DNA of 63,846 nt, filler included, from Octopus bimaculoides (taxonomy: Eukaryota): assembly GCF_001194135.2 (NCBI RefSeq). It is 8 parts of 7 records of this genome, joined end to end, with 100 filler letters (N's around TTAATTAATTAA, not from the genome) between each part and the next. Parts side by side here need not be neighbours in the genome. Positions count along the whole stretch, not along the records: positions 56,500 to 60,678 come from NC_069008.1; positions 60,779 to 62,553 come from NW_026353464.1; positions 62,654 to 63,846 come from NW_026327437.1; 5 more parts are not named here. The stretch is one strand, 5' to 3'. How positions within the stretch are numbered: the first letter of the stretch is position 1; every line of letters starts with the position of its first letter. This document shows positions 57,362-63,846 of the stretch, piece after piece. Below the pieces are notes generated by a model. It saw nothing but the letters and a program-made list of their open reading frames with translations, had not been told where the DNA came from and did not search any database. Made by a program: the position numbers and the translations under genes.

Positions 57362-58021
57362 TTATGTTTGACTTTTGTTTTGCATTTGTACAAGTTGGAT
57401 CCAAGTCTCACCCAGAGACCTCAAGAGACAACAAGTTAGAAGTTCATGTAGGTGTTATGCCTAGGGTACCATATATTTGGATTTGTACAGTTTTGTTCAA
57501 GTGGATGTTTAAGAAACCATAAGAAAATTATGTTTGCTTTAAAATTTGAGATCACATAGACAGTATTTTACGTAGGATATGGGCAGTTCCCATGAGCACT
57601 ATCTTTTGGACTTCAGCCATTTTGGGNNNNNNNNNNNNNNNNNNNNNNNNNNNNNNNNNNNNNNNNNNNNNNNNNNNNNNNNNNNNNNNNNNNNNNNNNN
57701 NNNNNNNNNNNNNNNNNNNNNNNNNNNNNNNNNCCCAGGGCACCTATGACAATAGGTATTGTTTTCGTCTTCAGATTCCACATTTTGCTAATTTCTATTT
57801 CAAGATCTTTATATTTGCTCAGTTTTTGGTAGGTCTTGACAGATACGTTTATATCGATTGGGACAGTCATATCAATGAGGAGGCATGATTTTTGTCTGAA
57901 GTCTTTCAGTATGATGTCTGGCCTATTTGCGTCTATCTTTCTGTCAGTTTGAATGGTGAAGTTCCAGAGGAGTGCAATGTGATCATTTTCAAGTACTGGG
58001 GGTGGTTTGTGTTCCCACCAG
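57315..58021 (-). mobile_element. 5'-truncated R4/Dong-like RLE non-LTR retrotransposon (C-terminus, 3' UTR, (TAA)n tail), well preserved
   Basis: Minus strand reads ILWNFTIQTDRKIDANRPDIILKDFRQKSCLLIDMTVPIDINVSVKTYQKLSKYKDLEIEISKMWNLKTKTIPIVIGAL..PKMAEVQKIVLMGTAHILRKILSM. This is a PD-(D/E)xK restriction-like endonuclease. An internal N gap lies at 57627-57733. Confidence 0.9.
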
Positions 58022-58079
<58 letters not shown>

Positions 58080-58092
58080 TGTCTTATTGCAG

Positions 58093-58238
58093 AATTGTAT
58101 TGGTTGGTGGCGATGGTACTTACTATGAGGTGTTGAATGGCCTACTGTTCCGAGCGCAAGCTGATGCCAAGTATAATTTGGATTGTCCTGGCTGTGACTG
58201 GATGCCAAGTCCCCTACCCGTTGGCATAATACCTTGTG
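58093..58238 (+). CDS. Internal exon of a ceramide kinase-family (CERK/CERKL-like) lipid kinase, DAGK catalytic domain
   Basis: Acceptor ttattgcAG at 58091-92 and donor G|GTAATT at 58239; 146 nt, phase 2 to phase 1. Translates (G)IVLVGGDGTYYEVLNGLLFRAQADAKYNLDCPGCDWMPSPLPVGIIPC(G). Has the GGDG ATP-binding motif, the CERK/CERKL-type RxQxxA insertion and the GIIP motif. Confidence 0.92.
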
Positions 58239-58344
58239 GTAATTATTTGTATTATATTGTAAAAAAAAAAAAACAAGTGAAAGAATATAATAATAGAAAG
58301 GATTGTTATTATTATTAAAGGCAATAAGCTGACAATCATTATCC

Positions 58345-58712
58345 CTTTCTACTCTAGGCACAAGGCCCGAAATTTTGGGGGAGCGGGCCAGTCGATTAGA
58401 TCAACCCCAGTTAAAAACTGGTACTTAATTTATCGACCCCGAAAGGATGAAAGGCAAAGTTGACCTCGGTGGAATTTGAACTCAGAACATATAGACAGAT
58501 GAAATACCACTAAGCATTTCACCCGGTGTAGTAACATTTCTGCCAGCTCGCCGGGCAAGATGCTTAGCAATGTTTCGTCTGCTGCTATGTTCTGAGTTCA
58601 AATTCTGATGAGGTCGATTTTGCCTTTCATCCTTTTAGAGGTCATTAAACAAAGTGCCACTTGAGTACTGGGGAATGATATAATGAACTTAACCCCTTCT
58701 CTGAAATTCCTA
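58345..58712. mobile_element. Head-to-head inverted SINE family A pair (58345-58553 minus, 58551-58712 plus)
   Basis: gaaaggcaaagttgacctcggtggaatttgaactcagaacat is mirrored by atgttctgagttcaaattctgatgaggtcgattttgcctttc. Confidence 0.85.
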
Positions 58713-58824
58713 ACATCAGACTGCAACAAGTAACCTTGGATGTCAAAATCCTTCATAAGTATTCTAGCTGTCTCTAAGTATTCTGGAGCTGTACTAAACT
58801 GGATTTTATGCCTATTTCCTCTAT

Positions 58825-58973
58825 CCATCATCATCATCGTTTAACGTCCGCTTTCCATGCTAGCATGGGTTGGACGACTTGACTGAGGACTGGTGAAACC
58901 GGATGGCTACACCAGGCTCCAATCTAAATTTGGCAGAGTTTCTACAGCTGGATGCCCTTCCTAACGCCAACCA
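58825..58973 (-). mobile_element. Family C copy in the kinase intron
   Basis: (cat)n cgtttaacgtccgctttccatgctagcatggg...ctaacgccaacca. Confidence 0.88.
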
Positions 58974-58974
58974 C

Positions 58975-59251
58975 TATTATCATCATCATCATCATTGTTA
59001 TTATCATTATCATTATTATTATTATTATCATTATCATCATCATCATCATCATCATTATCATCATCATCATCATCATTATCATTATTATTATTATTATTAT
59101 CATTACCATCATCATCATCATTATCATCATCATTGTTATTATCATTAATATTATTATCATCATCATCATCATCATCATCATTGTTATTATCATTATCATT
59201 ATTATTATTATCATCATCATTATCATCATCATCATTGTTATTATCATTATC

Positions 59252-59283
<32 letters not shown>

Positions 59284-59350
59284 CATCATTATCATCATCA
59301 TCATCATCATTGTTATTATCATTATTATTATTATTATTATTACTATTATC
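58975..59350. repeat. Compound (ATC/ATT)n microsatellite, ~375 bp
   Basis: Seen directly; it abuts the acceptor of the second kinase exon. Confidence 0.95.
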
Positions 59351-59359
59351 GTTGTCCAG

Positions 59360-59431
59360 GAAGTGGCAATGGGATCGCCAGCACTTTGGTCAGTCTCGAT
59401 CCAGTTACAGCTGCCCTGGCCGTCATCATTG
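59360..59431 (+). CDS. Next exon of the same ceramide kinase-family gene
   Basis: Acceptor ttgtccAG at 59358-59 and donor G|GTAAGT at 59432; 72 nt, phase 1 to phase 1. Translates (G)SGNGIASTLVSLDPVTAALAVII(G) and splices in frame to the previous exon, giving GIIPCGSGNG. Confidence 0.9.
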
Positions 59432-59591
59432 GTAAGTCCTTCAAAATCTTTTGTCTCCTTGCATTTGTCCAAGAGGAAGGGACAGTGTCCATGGCTCTCG
59501 TATTTTCTCAATTAGTCTTACATGCAACAACAAAATAAGGAAAATTAATTTGTTTTAATGCTTCGTTTGAATTAATTTTACTGTAAATATT

Positions 59592-59626
<35 letters not shown>

Positions 59627-59904
59627 GGCTTAAACCAATCAATGGCCTGGTTGAGTAAACCTATCAATAATGAATAATTTGTATCAAAAACAAAATATAT
59701 GTAATATCTGTTATTATTCATGCTTAGTCTTGTTTATTTACTTTGCATAAAAACCAGTATAACTGGAACACAACCATGGATTTAGAATAAAAAATGGTGA
59801 TGAACCATAACCGTCAACCGTGTCACAAGAATACAGGGTTCTTTACTAATCTAAGCAATATTGTTAGCTTGGTGTACTGACAGAAAGCTTATAAATATAT
59901 ATAT

Positions 59905-60250
59905 ATATAATCATCATCATAATTATTATTATCATTGTTTAGCGTCCGTTTTCCATGCTGGCATCGGTTGGACAGTTCGACTGGGGTCTCGGAAGCCAGG
60001 CTCCAGTCTGATCTGGCAGTGTTTCAACACCTGGGATGTCCTTCCTAACGCCAACCTCTCCGAGAGTGTAGTGGGTGCTATTTTTACGTGCCACCAGCAC
60101 AGGGGCCAGGGGAGGCTGGCATCGATCATGATTGGACGGTGCTTTTTATGTGCCACTGGCATGGAAGCCAGTCAAGGCGGCACTGGCATTGGCCACGTTC
60201 AGATGGTACTTTTTATGTGCCACCAGCACGGGGACCACAACTACAATTTT
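59905..60250 (-). mobile_element. Diverged family C copy with internal tandem units
   Basis: gtttagcgtccgttttccatgctggc...gagagtgtagtgggtgc, then three tttatgtgccac-type units. Confidence 0.8.
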
Positions 60251-60360
60251 CATTTGATTTGATTTGATTTTGATGTACTTGACTCAGTAGTTCTCCTCAA
60301 GCATGGCATGTCACCCTACAATCCAAGGTAACTCTTATATATATATATTATATATATGTA

Positions 60361-60515
60361 GAGTGGTTGGCGTTAGGAAGGGCATCCAGCTGTAGAAACT
60401 CTGCCAAATTAGACTGGAGCCTGGTGTTGCCATCCGGTTTCACCAGTCCTCAGTCAAATCGTCCAACCCATGCTAGCATGGAAAGCGGACGTTAAACGAT
60501 GATGATGATGATGAT
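60361..60515 (+). mobile_element. Family C copy
   Basis: gagtggttggcgttaggaagggcatccagc...gttaaac(gat)n. Confidence 0.88.
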
Positions 60516-60518
60516 GAA

Positions 60519-60625
60519 TATTATTAGGGATAAAAATCCAAATTTACAGGTAAAAACTCAATTAAATTCAATTTATTAAAAATTAAAATTAAATTAAGTT
60601 CTTTTCCCTAAAACTATATATTTAT
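60519..60625 (-). repeat. Internally deleted copy of the AT-rich repeat at 32750-33101
   Basis: tagggataaaaatccaaatttacaggtaaaaactcaattaaa...ttttccctaaaactata is reverse-complementary to both ends of 32750-33101. Confidence 0.7.
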
Positions 60626-60678
60626 ATATATATATATATATATTTGATTAATAAATTCAAAAAGGGATAAAAATCTTT

Positions 60679-60778
60679 NNNNNNNNNNNNNNNNNNNNNN
60701 NNNNNNNNNNNNNNNNNNNNNNTTAATTAATTAANNNNNNNNNNNNNNNNNNNNNNNNNNNNNNNNNNNNNNNNNNNN
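60679..60778. other. Artificial 100-bp scaffold spacer
   Basis: 44 N + TTAATTAATTAA + 44 N. Confidence 0.97.
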
Positions 60779-60780
60779 AC

Positions 60781-61776
60781 AACTGTGATATTTGTGGGAA
60801 ATCATTCTTAAAAAGTCATTACTTAACAATACACACACGTACCCATACAGGAGAGAAACCATATCAATGTGATATTTGTGGTGATTCATTCACTAGATGT
60901 AGTATTTTGATTAATCATAAACGTATTCACACAGGAGAGAAACCATATCAGTGTGATGTCTGCAGCAAATCATTCACTCAAGGTTCTGGTTTAACTAGAC
61001 ACAAACAAATTCATACAAGAAGGAAGCTAAATCCCTGTGGCATCTGTGATAAACCATTCTCTCCAGGTTGTGGTTTAACTAGTCATGAACATACTCACAC
61101 GGGAGAGAAACCATACCAGTGTGATATCTGTGGTAAAAAATTCTCTCGAAACATTAATTTAACCATACACATGCGAAGTCATACAGGAGAGAAGCCATAT
61201 GAGTGTGAAACCTGTGGTAAATCCTTTTCTCAGATAAGTAACTTGGCTATGCACAAACGTATTCACACAGGAGAGAAACCATATCACTGTGACATTTGTG
61301 GTAAATTATTCTCCCAAAGTGGTGATTTAACTGTACATGTACGTGTTCACACAGGAGAGAGACCGTATAAGTGTGATATCTGTGGTAAATCATTCTCTCG
61401 AAAAGATCGCTTAGGTGAACACAAACAAATTCATATGGGGAAGCCATATCACTGTGATGTCTGTGGTAAATCATTTTCTCAAAATGATTGCTTAGCTGAA
61501 CACAAGCAAAGTCATACACAAAAGAAGCCATATCTCTGTGATATCTGTGGTAAATCATTCTCTCGAAACGGTCACTTAACTTCACACATATTTACTCATA
61601 CAGGAGAGAAGCCATATCAGTGTGTTACCTGTGGTAAATCTTTCTCTAGAACAAGTGAGTTAACTATACATGTACGTATTCATACAGGAGAGAAACCATA
61701 TCAGTGTTATATCTGTGGCGACACATTCCCTCAAAGGATTCACTTAAAAAAACATGCATGTATTCATATACAATAG
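60781..61776 (+). CDS. Tandem C2H2 zinc-finger protein, 12 fingers, 5'-partial
   Basis: Frame is open from the spacer edge ([22 protein letters not shown]...) to TAG at 61774-76. Twelve intact C-x2-C-x12-H-x3-H fingers, mostly with TGEKPY linkers. The track start at 60907 is a TTG inside finger 2, not a real start. Confidence 0.95.
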   Translation, partial: NCDICGKSFLKSHYLTIHTRTHTGEKPYQCDICGDSFTRCSILINHKRIHTGEKPYQCDVCSKSFTQGSGLTRHKQIHTRRKLNPCGICDKPFSPGCGLTSHEHTHTGEKPYQCDICGKKFSRNINLTIHMRSHTGEKPYECETCGKSFSQISNLAMHKRIHTGEKPYHCDICGKLFSQSGDLTVHVRVHTGERPYKCDICGKSFSRKDRLGEHKQIHMGKPYHCDVCGKSFSQNDCLAEHKQSHTQKKPYLCDICGKSFSRNGHLTSHIFTHTGEKPYQCVTCGKSFSRTSELTIHVRIHTGEKPYQCYICGDTFPQRIHLKKHACIHIQ

Positions 61777-61870
61777 TAACTGTATCAATGTAAAAATTCA
61801 GGTCAGCAATGATAGTTTCAANNNNNNNNNNTGTATCAATGTAAAAATTCAGGTCAGCAATGATAGTTTC

Positions 61871-61876
61871 AATAAA
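61871..61876 (+). promoter_or_regulatory. Candidate polyadenylation signal of the zinc-finger gene
   Basis: AATAAA shortly after the ZNF stop codon, followed by T-rich sequence. Confidence 0.4.
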
Positions 61877-61959
61877 TGATGGATTTCATATAACTTTATT
61901 GTGCAGATTCATGCAACTGTTTTCTCTGAGTTATTTTTCTTAACTTCTTTTTGTTCTTT

Positions 61960-62553
61960 ATATATGTCAGGATGGAGAAAGTCTTTGACACCATCCCTCA
62001 GTCTCATATCTTGTGGTTGGTGAGAACCAGTCAAGCCATGTACCGTGGTGCTGTCAGTAAAGTGAAACTCAGCAATGAGTATAGCAATGAATTTAGTTTG
62101 CAGGTAGGAGATCAGTACTTATTTTTTCACAGTGTTCTTGGCAATAACAGAAGAGTTGAAGACTGAGTGTACATGAGAGATTCTTTATGCTAATGACCGT
62201 GTTTTTATAGCTGAATCTACAGTGGAATTAAAGAAGAAACTTCAGGTGTGCCAGTAAAACCAGGAATCAAGTGGCCTTAGAGTTAAATTAGCAAAGACCA
62301 AAGTTCTAGTAAGCAGGAAAACAGACAAATTACTAATCTCTTTAGGGAAATGGTCCTGCTTTACATGTCGAGAAGGTGTAGGTTGAAATTCCATATGGTG
62401 CATGCAATGTAAGCTATGGACACCTAAAAATGCTGTAGAATCACAGGATGATTAACTGACAAAGTAGTCTTTGTGTGTGACAGGTGTGCTGGAATAGTGA
62501 ACACTAAGAACACAGAAAATAGATTCCTGCAATGCCCAGGAAGATCTTTAGAG
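61960..62553 (+). mobile_element. Decayed RTE-clade LINE reverse transcriptase fragment
   Basis: MEKVFDTIP..WLVRTSQAMYRGAVSKVKLSNEYSNEFSLQVG, then broken frames resembling LRVKLAKTKVLVSRK and WSCFTCREGVG. Typical RTE RT sequence with deletions. Confidence 0.8.
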
Positions 62554-62653
62554 NNNNNNNNNNNNNNNNNNNNNNNNNNNNNNNNNNNNNNNNNNNNTTA
62601 ATTAATTAANNNNNNNNNNNNNNNNNNNNNNNNNNNNNNNNNNNNNNNNNNNN
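62554..62653. other. Artificial 100-bp scaffold spacer
   Basis: 44 N + TTAATTAATTAA + 44 N. Confidence 0.97.
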
Positions 62654-63846
62654 ATATATTAATGAGTTAAATAAAATTCATTATTTAATTATTTCATGGA
62701 TAGTAGAATATTTAAGGCCATGACCATCTCCCGTAAGATTTTGAACTGATAATGTAGTAACGTAACCAAACAACAGTCCTCGTAATATCTAAGAACCGGA
62801 AGTATTTGTTTCTCAGCGCTGTTGTTATACATAAACTGCGATAAATGATATACAATATGTAGAACAATGGTATAGTCTGTCTGTCTGTTGAGCATCCCCC
62901 ACCTCTAGCTGCACTAATACGAATGAAATAACATTCTAAATGTGCGAAAAACCTGAAAGGTGTTTAAAACGCCTTAAGGAAATGCATTGTGATAATATTA
63001 AATAGGTTCTACAAAATGCAGTCATCAGGAATGAATAAGTTTGAGTTGGACGAAAAGCTGATATCTCTGACAAATAATGGAAGACTAAAGAAGTGAACTG
63101 CAGCGTGTGTTTGGTTCTTCTTAGTAAAGAGAACTGATTCAAAATACAAGACCCGATAAGTACAATTGAGTAAACAATTTTTATCGAGTATATAATGAGA
63201 AGAATTATACCATTCATGTCGGTTTGAAACTGATATATATATAAGCATTCTATGTAAGATGATATATTGCCTGAGCTATATGTCGTATTGTGTGTGATGT
63301 ACTATGTAGGTGACAATAGTGGTTGTGTGGCAATATTGTGTAGCTTATTGATATACTGTATGTACGTGTATATATATGTGTGTGTGTATGTGTGTGTGCG
63401 TGTGTGTTTTCGTATACGTAATATATCGAGCCTGTAATGTTTCATGTAATACCTATGTATGATATATTGTGTGCGACCATGATATATTATATAATATGCA
63501 GTACTGATGGTAACTGCCGTTGTATGATCTGATTGTGATATATTTTAAAATATACTGCGTAGGTGACATCTGCCATGTGAAATATCTCTTATGTTGTATC
63601 GATATATTGTTATATATTGAGTCGAATGTATCTCACGTAACTCTTATATACTGAATTTGTAATATCAACATTTTCTAATTAGACTTATAGAATTTGATAA
63701 AGTGGTGGGAGTCCTGGCATTCATGCTTTTCTCATAAGTATTAGTACTGTAACTGGTATGAAGTAATCAAAATCAGAAATTGAAACAGATTTGTTACTCT
63801 ATGGTGTTTCTTTATTTAAACTATTTCGAGATTAGCATAATGATGA

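Noticed and set aside
59432-61776. ZNF gene nested in an intron of the kinase gene
   Set aside because: An artificial spacer at 60679-60778 separates them, so adjacency is not established.
61791-61872. 41-bp direct repeat after the ZNF stop codon
   Set aside because: The two identical copies flank a 10-N gap, which is typical of an unmerged contig overlap.

Overview
AT-rich, microsatellite-saturated eukaryotic DNA. The repeat families and the long C2H2 zinc-finger array point to an octopus (coleoid cephalopod) genome; this is an inference. Seven artificial 100-bp spacers (44 N + TTAATTAATTAA + 44 N) cut the window into 8 joined blocks, so adjacency across them is unproven. Only two host genes are supportable. 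One is a ceramide-kinase-family (CERK/CERKL-like, DAGK catalytic domain) gene, seen as two spliceable exons (58093-58238 and 59360-59431, +). The other is a 5'-truncated 12-finger C2H2 zinc-finger ORF (60781-61776, +). The rest is mobile DNA and simple repeats: several tRNA-SINE-like families, six remnants of R4/Dong-like RLE LINEs, RTE and CR1-like fragments, Penelope remnants with hammerhead-ribozyme-like motifs, an internally inverted mariner fragment, a TIR mini-element and a Helitron-type 3' end. Almost all ORFs in the track are microsatellite or N artefacts. I found no clearly new biological system. The best leads are the hammerhead motifs, the (TAA)n-flanked LINEs, the near-perfect inverted repeats around an in-frame catalytic exon, the sphingosine-kinase-like motif in a CERK-like gene, and a candidate recursive splice site. 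Repeat boundaries were read by eye and are approximate.
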